DNA of 32,000 nt from Wolbachia endosymbiont of Onchocerca ochengi (lineage in GTDB: Bacteria > Pseudomonadota > Alphaproteobacteria > Rickettsiales > Anaplasmataceae): positions 780,001 through 812,000 of the forward strand of contig NC_018267.1 in NCBI RefSeq assembly GCF_000306885.1. The letters are read 5' to 3'. Below the pieces are notes generated by a model. It was not told the DNA's origin. It did not search any database and saw only the letters and a list, made by a program, of their open reading frames with translations. The stretch's first letter is position 1; every line of letters starts with the position of its first letter. Positions 1 through 9,488 of the stretch are shown piece by piece. A program made the position numbers and the translations under genes.

Positions 1-199
1 GGTTACTTATAGTAAAAATTAGAGGTCATATAAAACTCTTTGATTTATATAAGCCTGTACTAATATATATGACCAAGGTTACGATGTTTTTAATTGTTAT
101 TATAGGTACAAAAGGCTGTTTAAACTCAATAAACTTGTGTAAAAGAGAGGGTAAAGAGGGTTAACTTTATAACCTACAGGATTTATAACTTTTTGATTG

Positions 200-1906
200 A
201 TGAACATTTTTAAACGAATTTCCTCGCTAATTCTTAGTAAATTAGATGAGTTAAAGCAAAGGAGCGTCATAAATGCTAATGTAGAAAATTTTATCTTAGA
301 ACCTCCAAGTAATAAAGCACATGGGGATGTTTATACAAATATTGCTATGGTGCTCGCAAGGCATGAAAGAAAAAATTCCGTTGAGATTGCAGAGATGTTA
401 GCAGAAGAATTTAAGCTTTTTGATGAAATCGCAAAAATAGAAGTAGCTGGCCCTGGCTTCATTAACATGCACTTTAAAATAGAAGTATGGCACAAGCTTC
501 TCAAGCAAATAAATGAACTTAAAACAGAGTTTGGTACTCTAAACATTGGGAATAACCAGGCCGTTAATGTTGAATTTGTATCTGCAAATCCAACTGGTCC
601 ATTACATATTGGTCATGCAAGAGGAGCAGTATTCGGTGACGTTTTAGCAAATTTGTTAAAAAAAGTTGGTTATCAAGCCACTAAGGAGTATTATATTAAT
701 GATGCTGGAACACAGATAGATACACTAATTCGGTCAGTATATTTGCGATATAAGGAAGCTCTTGGAGAAAAGATTAGTATTGAAAAAGGTTTATATCCAG
801 GCGAATATTTAAAAAAAATAGGAAAAGAGCTAGCCAAAAAATATGGTAAAGGTCTTCTAGAAAAGCAAGATTATCAAATAATTAGAGATTATGCTTTAAG
901 TTCTATCTTAGAACTCATAAAAGAAGATATGCACTTACTTGGAGTAAATCATGATATTTTTACTTCAGAATATGAGTTGCAAAAAAGTGGCAAAATTGAG
1001 GAGAGCATAAAGATATTGTCTAACAAAGGTTTAATATATGAAGGATATCTAGGAAAACCAAAGGGTAAAGAAAGTGAAAATTGGACCTCTAGAAAGGAGA
1101 TGTTGTTTTGCTCAACAAAATTTGGTGATGATGTTGATCGTGCACTTAAAAAAGAAGACGGTAGCTGGACTTATTTTGCATCAGACGTAGCCTATCATTT
1201 TGATAAGATATCACGCGGCTTTAACAATATAATAGTAGAACTTGGTAGTGATCATAGTGGTTATATCAAAAGGCTTAAAGCAGTTGTTTCTGCGCTCAGT
1301 GATAATAAAGCGAAGATAGAAGTAAAACTGCATAATATTGTGAATTTCTTCGAAAACGGAAAACCTGTTAAGATGTCTAAAAGGTCAGGAAATTTTCTGA
1401 CAGTAAAAGATGTAGTTGAGAAAGTTGGTAGAGATATTACCCGTTTTATGATGTTAACACAAAGAAATGACGTGGTTCTCGATTTTGATTTTGCTAAAGT
1501 GAAGGAACAGTCAAAAGGCAATCCTATTTTTTATGTGCAATATGCATATGCCCGTGCTCATTCGTTGATGCGTAACGCTCCAAAAGGACTTCCAAATGCA
1601 GATACTTCACTTTTAAAGACCGATGGAGAACTATTACTTATAAAAATCTTAGCAAAGTGGCCAAGTGTGGTAGAAATAGCGGCAAGGCTTTATGAGCCAC
1701 ACAGAATTACTTTTTACTTACTTGAAGTTGCAGAAGCATTCCATACTTTATGGGGATATGGTAAAAACGACTTGAGCATGCGGTTTATACTAAAAGATAA
1801 TTTAGATCTTACTGCTGCAAGGATATTCCTTGTCCGGGCCTTAGCACATATCATTGCTTCTGGGCTTTCTGTTTTTAACATAGAGCCATTAGAAGAGATG
1901 AAATAA
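200..1906 (+). CDS. argS: Arginine--tRNA ligase (ArgRS)
   Basis: Long ORF with a class I aaRS HIGH-type motif ([13 protein letters not shown]) and a KMSKS-type motif (VKMSKRSGN). The overall layout is ArgRS-like, with a C-terminal anticodon-binding region. The ATG at 200 directly follows the TTG at 197 used by the ORF track, so I prefer the ATG. Confidence 0.93.
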   Translation: MNIFKRISSLILSKLDELKQRSVINANVENFILEPPSNKAHGDVYTNIAMVLARHERKNSVEIAEMLAEEFKLFDEIAKIEVAGPGFINMHFKIEVWHKLLKQINELKTEFGTLNIGNNQAVNVEFVSANPTGPLHIGHARGAVFGDVLANLLKKVGYQATKEYYINDAGTQIDTLIRSVYLRYKEALGEKISIEKGLYPGEYLKKIGKELAKKYGKGLLEKQDYQIIRDYALSSILELIKEDMHLLGVNHDIFTSEYELQKSGKIEESIKILSNKGLIYEGYLGKPKGKESENWTSRKEMLFCSTKFGDDVDRALKKEDGSWTYFASDVAYHFDKISRGFNNIIVELGSDHSGYIKRLKAVVSALSDNKAKIEVKLHNIVNFFENGKPVKMSKRSGNFLTVKDVVEKVGRDITRFMMLTQRNDVVLDFDFAKVKEQSKGNPIFYVQYAYARAHSLMRNAPKGLPNADTSLLKTDGELLLIKILAKWPSVVEIAARLYEPHRITFYLLEVAEAFHTLWGYGKNDLSMRFILKDNLDLTAARIFLVRALAHIIASGLSVFNIEPLEEMK

Positions 1907-1950
1907 GTAAAAAGATATGGAAATAAGAGAAACTCCAATCTTCCTGTACA

Positions 1951-3246
1951 TTAAGTTACAGTAGCATGACCCTTTTCTTTCCTGCTGTTGATAATTATTT
2001 CTCCTATTGTTACTACTGCTAAAATAAAGCAGTAATGTACCTGTGTTGATAAGGAAATAGGAGATACAGAGGCTATGCTACCCGCTAGCAATAGTTGGGA
2101 CCCGTAAGGTAAAATGCCTTTTGTAGAACAAGCAAAAACATCTAATAAGTATGCACTACGGTATGGTGCAATATTATGCTTTTTTGCAAGTCTTTTTGCA
2201 ATGCTACCACTTAGTAGAATAGCAATAGTATTATTAGCAACTAAAATAGTAAACATAGATGCTATTCCTGCTATTAAAAATTCAGCTTTAGTTTTTGTAA
2301 TACTGCTTTCATCGATGAGTTTATGTAATGTTTTTTGACCTTGCTTATACATTATATTGCTCAATCCACCAATAAATAGGGCAAACATTACTATCTCATT
2401 TACTTTTTTGAATCCCCTATATATGTCATTAGAGAATTGAATAATAGAATAGTCAGAAAAAGCTATTCCTAGTATACCGGCAATAATTATGTTTACAGTT
2501 ATTGTTACTAGTGTAGTGACTTCAAATAGGGCCATGACTATTAAAGAAATATAGGGAATAACCTTTATTATCGATAAGTAATCTAAATTTGATATAGTAA
2601 CAATTCTTGTACTACCTGCAGTTATTACTAGGTAGATAAGTGTTATAATGCTTGCAATAAACGCTACTTTAGAGTTCACTTGAAATTTATCTTTTATTGT
2701 AGCGTCTTGTGAAGAAACAGATGCAATAGTGGTGTCAGATATCATTGAGAGGTTGTCACCAAATACGGCACCTCCAACTACAGTTGCAGTTCCTATTTCG
2801 AGATCAAAAGCTCCACTTTTTGCTAAGTTAACAGCAATTGGCACCATCAGTGCAACAACTCCCATGGATGTGCCAATTGCAGTTGAAATAAAAGCAGAAG
2901 CCAAGAATAGTCCAGGTAACAATAACCTTGCTGGAAGAAAGTTGAGAATCAGATTGGCAACAGTGTCTGCGCTACCAATTGATTGACTAACAGAAGAAAA
3001 TGCTCCTGAAAACAAGAAAATTAAGCACATAGTAAGGGTGTTTTTGTTACCCATGCCTTCGATGACGGTATCGATGTTATGTTGAATTTTATCTGTTTTA
3101 CGTGAGATAGCAAAAAATAGTGCTGGCAGTAAACAAACTACCGGAGAAATCTGACGAAGTGGATTATCAGTTCCGATAAAGAAAAAATAAATGCCACTTC
3201 CAAGATGGAAGATTAAAAAAATAAATAAAGGGATAAAAGCAATCAT
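1951..3246 (-). CDS. NhaC-family Na+/H+ antiporter-like membrane transporter
   Basis: 431-aa ORF that is almost entirely hydrophobic helices (about 10-12 TM segments). The sequence resembles NhaC-type antiporters from memory. No in-frame disruption. Confidence 0.72.
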   Translation of the reverse strand: MIAFIPLFIFLIFHLGSGIYFFFIGTDNPLRQISPVVCLLPALFFAISRKTDKIQHNIDTVIEGMGNKNTLTMCLIFLFSGAFSSVSQSIGSADTVANLILNFLPARLLLPGLFLASAFISTAIGTSMGVVALMVPIAVNLAKSGAFDLEIGTATVVGGAVFGDNLSMISDTTIASVSSQDATIKDKFQVNSKVAFIASIITLIYLVITAGSTRIVTISNLDYLSIIKVIPYISLIVMALFEVTTLVTITVNIIIAGILGIAFSDYSIIQFSNDIYRGFKKVNEIVMFALFIGGLSNIMYKQGQKTLHKLIDESSITKTKAEFLIAGIASMFTILVANNTIAILLSGSIAKRLAKKHNIAPYRSAYLLDVFACSTKGILPYGSQLLLAGSIASVSPISLSTQVHYCFILAVVTIGEIIINSRKEKGHATVT

Positions 3247-3515
3247 TCTATTACAATTGAAAGTTTAAACTATAACTAATTAAATAATTTTAAGCAAGTC
3301 TGGTTTCACTACTTCTGTAGAAAGTTGATAGTGGAGTTTTGAAATTTTATATTTAACTTATTTAAGTAACACGAAAGTAGCTGTCCTTATGCTAATTCTA
3401 ATAAAATTGTATAAAAATCTGATCTCAATGCTTGCTAATTGGATAATATTAGGAAGGAATATTAGAATGAAAACGACAATTGACATTTTATTGGATGTTT
3501 ATTACAAATAATGAA

Positions 3516-4472
3516 ATGTCTCAAAGTATTACAACCATATCAATAGAAGATAATAATATTAGGCTGGATAGATATATAAGAAGAATTTTCCCAGACCTGA
3601 GACAGTCTACAATTGAGAAATCTTTAAGAAGAAGGTTGATCGAAGTTGACGATTGTAAAGCGAAATCAAGTGATAGAGTGTACTATGGACAAACTATAAC
3701 AATAAAATACTTAAATTATATTAAAAATGCTAATTCTGACCGCAGATATAATCAAGAGTTAGTGAATATATTGAAAGATAATATTTTATATGAAGATAAA
3801 TATATACTAGCTGTAAATAAACCTACAGGAGTAATTGTTCAAGGTGGTATAAAGGGAAAAGTCAGCATTAGTGATTTACTTGACCGAATCAGAGAAGGAA
3901 AAATATTTAAGATTGTCCATAGGTTAGATAAAGATACAAGCGGAGTGATAATATTTGCGCACAATACTAATGTTGCCAGGTACCTTATGGAGGAGTTTAA
4001 AGAGCAAAGAGTAAAAAAAACTTATTTAGCATTAACTTCCGGCATACCAAGTAAAAATAAAGGAGTAATAGATTATCCATTGATAAAAAAGTGTATTTCA
4101 GGTCAAGAAAAAGTGGTTGTTGACAAATATTCACCTCAGAGTGCCACTACACACTTTTCGGTCATAGCGAGGTTAGAACAAAATGTTGCTTACGTAAAAC
4201 TGCAACCAATTACCGGCAGGACTCATCAGTTAAGGGCACATCTAGCCTATATAAACTGTCCTATTCTTGGTGATGGTAAATACGGTGGTAAAAAAGCTTT
4301 TGTTAATGGAATAGCAAATAAAATTCATCTCCATTCGTATTCTTTATCTTTTAAATTGCCAAGTAACAAAGAGATCACTATCATTGCTCCTCTCCCTGAG
4401 AACTTTAAAAAGTCCATTGAGGTGTTGTACCCCCCCCTCTTAAGGGGTGATTACGAGATAGTTGCCTTTTAA
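3516..4472 (+). CDS. RluA-family (RluC/RluD-like) 23S rRNA pseudouridine synthase
   Basis: S4-like N-terminus (IRLDRYIRRIFPDLRQSTIEKSLRR). Catalytic HRLDKDTSGV motif and GRTHQLRAHL block. The start is uncertain: candidates are ATG 3516, ATG 3495 and the ORF-track TTG 3480, which lies inside a TTGACA hexamer. The last ~14 codons contain a C8 tract. Confidence 0.85.
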   Translation: MSQSITTISIEDNNIRLDRYIRRIFPDLRQSTIEKSLRRRLIEVDDCKAKSSDRVYYGQTITIKYLNYIKNANSDRRYNQELVNILKDNILYEDKYILAVNKPTGVIVQGGIKGKVSISDLLDRIREGKIFKIVHRLDKDTSGVIIFAHNTNVARYLMEEFKEQRVKKTYLALTSGIPSKNKGVIDYPLIKKCISGQEKVVVDKYSPQSATTHFSVIARLEQNVAYVKLQPITGRTHQLRAHLAYINCPILGDGKYGGKKAFVNGIANKIHLHSYSLSFKLPSNKEITIIAPLPENFKKSIEVLYPPLLRGDYEIVAF

Positions 4473-4719
4473 AAAGGAAAAAACATACAGATATAAGCAC
4501 TCCCCCCCCTGTTTTCTAATCTAGACTAGAAATGTGACTGATCTTTTATATGATGAACACTCAATAAATAATGATCAAGAAAAATACAGTAGACATGGAA
4601 GAGGAATAATGAAAAGCCCTACAGGAGAAATAAGTTTCAGGCTATAAAATAGCTTTAGCATGGTAATAGTAAAGTTCTTTAAAACCTTATCAAGCAATTT
4701 TTTTGCGTTTTACTAATAG

Positions 4720-5703
4720 CTAGTATTCAATAGATTTGTAAACGTCAGTACATAACTCATCAATGCTTGGTTCTTTGCTATTTTTGGCAAAGTCCTCCGA
4801 TTTTTTTACTAAATCACGTATTTCCTTATCGATTGTCTTGCATTCTTCCTCTGAAGCAACCTTATTATCTATCATGTATTTTTTTAAAGTGCTTATGGGG
4901 TCACGATTTTGCTTCATATCTTCAACTTTTTCTTTCGAACGATAAGTAGCAGGATCCGACATTGAATGGCCACGATATCGATACGTCTTCATTTCAAGCA
5001 GAATAGGACCTTTACCGCAACGAACGTGCTTAGCTGCTTCAGCTGTTGCTTCATAAACAGAAAAGCAATCCATTCCATCAATCTGCTTTCCAGGAATACC
5101 GAAACCCTCTCCTCTTTTATATAACTCAGTTACTAAAGTTGATCTCTGAACGGAGGTTCCCATTGCGTATCCGTTGTTCTCTATAATATAAATCACTGGC
5201 AATTGCCACAGAGATGCCATATTAAACGATTCATATACTTGTCCCTGATTTGCAGCACCGTCACCAAAATATGTAAATACTACGTTGTCTTTTTTCTTAT
5301 ATTTATTAGCAAAGGCTATTCCTGTACCAATTGGAACTTGTGCACCAACTATTCCATGTCCACCAAAGAATTTTCTTTCAATATCAAATATATGCATTGA
5401 ACCACCTTTACCTTTTGAGCACCCCGTTTCTTTACCAATTAGTTCTGCCATTATAATATTCGGATCAGAATCACATGCAAGCATTAACCCGTGATCTCTA
5501 TAACTTGTGATAAAAGCATCGCCAGGATTTGATGCAGCGTGAGTTCCAACTACAACTGCCTCCTGCCCTATCGATAAGTGACAAAATCCACCTATTAATC
5601 CCATTCCATATAATTGTCCTGTTTTTTCCTCAAATCTGCGCACTAGTAACATTTTTCTGTAAAATCCAATTACCTGTTCTTTAGTGAGATTTTTTGCTTT
5701 CAT
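4720..5703 (-). CDS. pdhA: Pyruvate dehydrogenase E1 component alpha subunit
   Basis: 327-aa ORF with a thiamine-diphosphate binding block (YFGDGAANQGQVYESFNMA...IENNGYAMGT). It aligns by eye along its full length with alphaproteobacterial/mitochondrial E1-alpha. Confidence 0.93.
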   Translation of the reverse strand: MKAKNLTKEQVIGFYRKMLLVRRFEEKTGQLYGMGLIGGFCHLSIGQEAVVVGTHAASNPGDAFITSYRDHGLMLACDSDPNIIMAELIGKETGCSKGKGGSMHIFDIERKFFGGHGIVGAQVPIGTGIAFANKYKKKDNVVFTYFGDGAANQGQVYESFNMASLWQLPVIYIIENNGYAMGTSVQRSTLVTELYKRGEGFGIPGKQIDGMDCFSVYEATAEAAKHVRCGKGPILLEMKTYRYRGHSMSDPATYRSKEKVEDMKQNRDPISTLKKYMIDNKVASEEECKTIDKEIRDLVKKSEDFAKNSKEPSIDELCTDVYKSIEY

Positions 5704-5758
5704 ATCGATTTCTTTTTTATTAAACTCAGATAATATCAGAAATTTCTAACATTTTATA

Positions 5759-6190
5759 ATGGATTATTACCGTTGGCTCGAAGCTTTTCATGTTATTTCT
5801 GTCATTATGTGGATGGCAGGTATGCTCTACTTGCCTAGGCTTTATGTCTATCATGCAGCTGTAAAGCTAGGATCAGAAAACGATAGCTTACTTCAAACAA
5901 TGGAAAAAAGGCTACTTAAATATATTGTGAACCCTGCAATGCTTTTTTCGCTCGGTTTTGGTGTTACACTAATGATGATAAGAGAGGCCTACTACGAGGG
6001 ATGGTTTCATGTAAAAGTATTAGCATTATTCTTTATGTTTGCTATTCATGTGCTACTTGCAAAACATAGGAAAAATTTTGCAATGGGTTTAAATAAGAAA
6101 GCTCATGTTTATTTTCGTGTCCTAAATGAGGTAATCACAGTACTAATAATAGTTATAATTATTGCAGTGATTGTGAAACCGTTTCGCTAG
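5759..6190 (+). CDS. hemJ: HemJ-type protoporphyrinogen IX oxidase (UPF0093 membrane protein)
   Basis: 143-aa ORF with 4 predicted TM helices. N-terminal block WLEAFHVISVIMWMAGMLYLPRLYVYH is typical of the HemJ family. Confidence 0.8.
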   Translation: MDYYRWLEAFHVISVIMWMAGMLYLPRLYVYHAAVKLGSENDSLLQTMEKRLLKYIVNPAMLFSLGFGVTLMMIREAYYEGWFHVKVLALFFMFAIHVLLAKHRKNFAMGLNKKAHVYFRVLNEVITVLIIVIIIAVIVKPFR

Positions 6191-6224
6191 CCTTTATTCA
6201 AGAAACAGTTATTTAAGAGTCTTA

Positions 6225-6253
6225 TTGACATTTTTTAATATCTGTGATAAAAT
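6225..6253 (+). promoter_or_regulatory. Predicted sigma70-type promoter for the 6286 ORF
   Basis: TTGACA (6225-6230), exactly 17 nt of spacer, then TAAAAT (6248-6253). The -10 is preceded by TGa (extended -10-like, ctgTGaTAAAAT). It lies 33 nt upstream of ATG 6286. Confidence 0.5.
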
Positions 6254-6285
6254 GTATAGTGTTCAAGGGTTTAAAGTAAAAACTT

Positions 6286-6795
6286 ATGAGTAGTGAAGTT
6301 CAAGGTCCAAACATTGCAGAGTGGCAAGCTCAACAACAACACCAAGAATATCAAGGAGGAAAGAGTGGTTTTGGTCTTGGTCATAGTGACTCTGTTGCTA
6401 CGATTGTAGATGGAATGAAATGGCTGTTCAGCTTTCATGAAGGAGCAATTACTTCCTACAATAACGTATTTGAAGGTTTGATAAGTGGTAGTAGTTTGGT
6501 AACATTATTTGGAAAATCAGGTAATATGTTTGACATAAAATTTCTTGAAGGTCTTGCAGAACATTTTTCAGGTGGAGGAGGAGATGGTGAAGGTATAACA
6601 TTAGAAGAAACGGATATGGGTTATAGTAATAAAGGTTCTCACCTAGATGATTACTCTAACTCTAGCAGTGAAATAGCTCATAGCGCTGATGGTTTACATG
6701 GTATACATAATTCAGGTGATTATCATGATTGTTCTTTTTCACCTTCTCCTTCACCTTCTGTTGGTGATGACCATGGATATGAGCTTAGTGTCTAA
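6286..6795 (+). CDS. Hypothetical protein: acidic, Arg-free, His/Gly/Ser-rich orphan
   Basis: 169-aa ORF with an ATG start and a strong upstream promoter-like site. Counted composition: 12 Asp, 12 Glu, 5 Lys, 0 Arg, 10 His. It has GGGGDGEG and SPSPSPS low-complexity runs in the C-terminal half and no signal peptide or TM helix. I recognise no family. Confidence 0.6.
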   Translation: MSSEVQGPNIAEWQAQQQHQEYQGGKSGFGLGHSDSVATIVDGMKWLFSFHEGAITSYNNVFEGLISGSSLVTLFGKSGNMFDIKFLEGLAEHFSGGGGDGEGITLEETDMGYSNKGSHLDDYSNSSSEIAHSADGLHGIHNSGDYHDCSFSPSPSPSVGDDHGYELSV

Positions 6796-6866
6796 GAATT
6801 GGTTAAATAACAGTTGAGGAGTAATATTTTTCTTTAATTTATCATAATTGACACGAATTAGTTTTA

Positions 6867-7915
6867 GTGAAAAAGGTTTCAATTTTAGGATCAAGAGGAA
6901 GTATCGAGAAAAAACTGTAGATTTATTACTGAAGAAAAGGAGAAAATATCAGGTAAGAAGTACTCAGTACCTACTCGAGTTTCGCTTTGCTAGTAAATTA
7001 AGCAAAATTGAGGCGCAAAATATGTAACGTAACTATCTCTGATGAAAGGTTTTATAAAGGTTTAAAAGAAAGTTTGCTTGGTACAAGATGTTAAATTAAA
7101 GGTCTAAAGCAAATGTTGCTTCTTTGGCTATTGATCTCTCAGTTAATGTAATAGTTATAGAAAGTGGCACTAAAGTCATTGGCATTAGCAAATAAAGAAA
7201 GTATTGTTTACAGTAGGAAATTACTACTTAAGAAAGCTAAAGAAAAAAATATATAATAATTTACTATTGATTCTGAACACAATACAATTTTTAAAGTTTT
7301 GCAAAATGATGACAAATGCATAGAGAAGATTATACTTGCTGCTTCTTGCAGGGCATTCTTAAATTATAGCTTTGAGCAATTAAGAATTGTTATAGTAGAT
7401 CAAGCATTAAATCGTTCTATTTGGAGCATGGGAAAGTCTCGCCAAATAAAGTTGAAGCAATAGTACACCCTGAATCGGTAATACATGGAGTTGTAGTTTA
7501 TAAAGATGATTTCAACTTTACTGTACTTGCGAAAACTGATATGGTAGTTCCTATTTATAGGTTCTGTCTTGGCCAGAAAGATCAGCTTTAAGTTATAACT
7601 TAGTTTAACAAAGCAAAAGAAATTGACCTTTTAAGAGCCTGACTACAAATGCTTTCCTGCACTAAAGCTTAGCATGGGAGTATTAAATTTCTTTTTGCCA
7701 CACCACAAACAGTATTGTGCTCAATGCTGCAAACAAAGTAGCTGTCAATGAATTTCTGAAATCATGCGTTGATTTTTCTGGGGATAGTAAAAGTGGTAGA
7801 GTTAACAATAGAAAATTTTGATAGCTATATTAACATCAATTCATTACTTAATATAATAAATAGATATTGACCGTGAAAGCCATGTTATTGCTAAAGGAAT
7901 TATCGATGTAAAACC
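6867..7915 (+). pseudogene. dxr: 1-deoxy-D-xylulose-5-phosphate reductoisomerase pseudogene
   Basis: Translation from GTG 6867 gives VKKVSILGSRGSIEKKL*, then LALANKESIV, FTIDSEHNTIFKVLQ, KIILAASCRAF and NRSIWSMGKS. After a frame change it gives VEAIVHPESVIHGVVVYKDDFNFTVLAKTDMVVPI and later LNAANKVAVNEFLKS. These match hallmark Dxr blocks (ILGSTGSIG, LANKES, DSEHxAIFQ, SGGPF, HPxWSMGxK, HPQSVIH, LNAANExAVxxFL). There are at least eight in-frame stops, at least two frame changes, and an internal deletion between the WSMGK and HPxSxIH blocks. Confidence 0.85.
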
Positions 7916-7938
7916 CTTATTATGTATAGCTAAAAATT

Positions 7939-8697
7939 TTAATGATCCAGAATATACTCTTTTGTTAAAGAAAACCGAGCGTTTTCAAATACTTCTTGGA
8001 CGCTTCCAGATTCAACAATTTTGCCATTGTGAAAGAAAATTACACTATCAGATAATTTTTTAGCTTGTTTCATTGAATGAGTTACCATAATTATGGTAAA
8101 TCTTAATTTCAACTCTTGTATAAGATTTTCGATTGCATTGGTTGCCATTGGATCAAGTGCGGAACATGGTTCATCCATCAATAAAATAGTCGGTTTTACT
8201 GCAATTGCGCGAGCGATGCATAGCCTTTGTTGTTGACCGCCAGATAAATCTAATGCACTATCTCGTAATCTATCTTTTAACTCTTCCCATAAACCAACTT
8301 TGGTTAAACTATTTTCGACTATTTCATCTAATTTTTCCTTATTTTTTACCATGCCATGTAATTTAGGACCATAAGCAACGTTGTCATATATTGATTTTGG
8401 AAAAGGGTTTGGCTTTTGAAATACCATACCGACTTTTGCTCTGAGCAGTACAACATCCATATCACGTGAATATATATTACCTAGTCCATCGATAATCAGT
8501 CCACCAATAACTTTGCATCCTGGTACGTAATCATTCATGCGATTGAAACAACGCAAAAATGTTGATTTACCGCATCCAGATGGTCCAATAAAAGTAGTAA
8601 CTTTTTTTTTACGAATATCTAGGTTTATATTGAACAAGACTTGTTTAGAACTGTACCAAAGGTTTAAGTTTTTAATGGAGGCACGTATATCACTCAT
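7939..8697 (-). CDS. pstB: Phosphate ABC transporter ATP-binding protein
   Basis: Walker A GPSGCGKST, ABC signature LSGGQQQR, Walker B ILLMDEP, and a PstB-typical N-terminus (NLNLWYSSKQVLFNINLDI). The preferred start is ATG 8697..8695 (MSDIRAS...), which overlaps the dapB stop as ATGA. The ORF-track start at 8754 would overlap dapB by 61 nt. Confidence 0.92.
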   Translation of the reverse strand: MSDIRASIKNLNLWYSSKQVLFNINLDIRKKKVTTFIGPSGCGKSTFLRCFNRMNDYVPGCKVIGGLIIDGLGNIYSRDMDVVLLRAKVGMVFQKPNPFPKSIYDNVAYGPKLHGMVKNKEKLDEIVENSLTKVGLWEELKDRLRDSALDLSGGQQQRLCIARAIAVKPTILLMDEPCSALDPMATNAIENLIQELKLRFTIIMVTHSMKQAKKLSDSVIFFHNGKIVESGSVQEVFENARFSLTKEYILDH

Positions 8698-9488
8698 ATT
8701 ACACTCTGCATTGAATAGAGCCCTGGAGTTTTCCTCTTGTTCTCGTATAGCCATATTGCTGCTTGAATAGCGCCTTTAGCAAACGCTGTTCGATCGATTG
8801 CTTTGTGATTTAATTCTATTCGTTCATCAGAATTAATAAACATTACGCTATGATCTCCTATTACTCCACCTCCACGAGACACTGCAAAACCTATTCCACT
8901 CTTTTCTCTTATATTTGAACTATTAAGTAAATATTGATTGAACTTTAAATCTCTTTTTAGAGCGTTAGCAATCGCATTACCAAGTTCTATAGCTGTTCCA
9001 GATGGTGAACCTTTTTTTAAGCTATGATGCATTTCCCAAATCTCAGCGTCATATTTATCTCCCAAAAGCTCAGTAGCCTTTTTTACCAATTTTAGCAGCA
9101 CATTAATTCCAACACTCATGTTCGCTGACCACAATATCGGGATCTCAGCAGCATACTCTTTTAAATTGATATCTTCTATTCCAGTTGTTCCACTAATCAG
9201 AGGTGTTTTGAATTTCACAGCCGCTTTAAGGCAATCTAACATACATTCTTTAGTTGTAAAATCTATTACAATATCTGATGACTCGAATACATCACTAATG
9301 GAATGTGTAATTTTGATTCCTAAAATAGAACTGTGACCTATGATTTGCCCAATATCCAAACCTATGTATTTGCTACCAAAGCGGGTAACAGCGCCTGCTA
9401 TCTCTACTTTAGTATTTGTAACTAATTCACTAAGTATTTTTTTGCCCATCCTTCCTAAGCAGCCTACTACTCCAACTCTGATTTTCAT
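8694..9488 (-). CDS. dapB: 4-hydroxy-tetrahydrodipicolinate reductase
   Basis: N-terminal dinucleotide-binding motif VGVVGCLGRMGK. DapB signature EMHHSLKKGSPSGTA (E-x-HH-x-x-K-x-D/G-x-PSGTA). 264 aa. Confidence 0.92.
   Translation of the reverse strand: MKIRVGVVGCLGRMGKKILSELVTNTKVEIAGAVTRFGSKYIGLDIGQIIGHSSILGIKITHSISDVFESSDIVIDFTTKECMLDCLKAAVKFKTPLISGTTGIEDINLKEYAAEIPILWSANMSVGINVLLKLVKKATELLGDKYDAEIWEMHHSLKKGSPSGTAIELGNAIANALKRDLKFNQYLLNSSNIREKSGIGFAVSRGGGVIGDHSVMFINSDERIELNHKAIDRTAFAKGAIQAAIWLYENKRKTPGLYSMQSVI

Noticed and set aside
5754-5759. TATAAT hexamer overlapping the hemJ ATG as its promoter
   Set aside because: The hexamer ends inside the start codon, so transcription from it would begin within the CDS. 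It is coincidental in AT-rich DNA.
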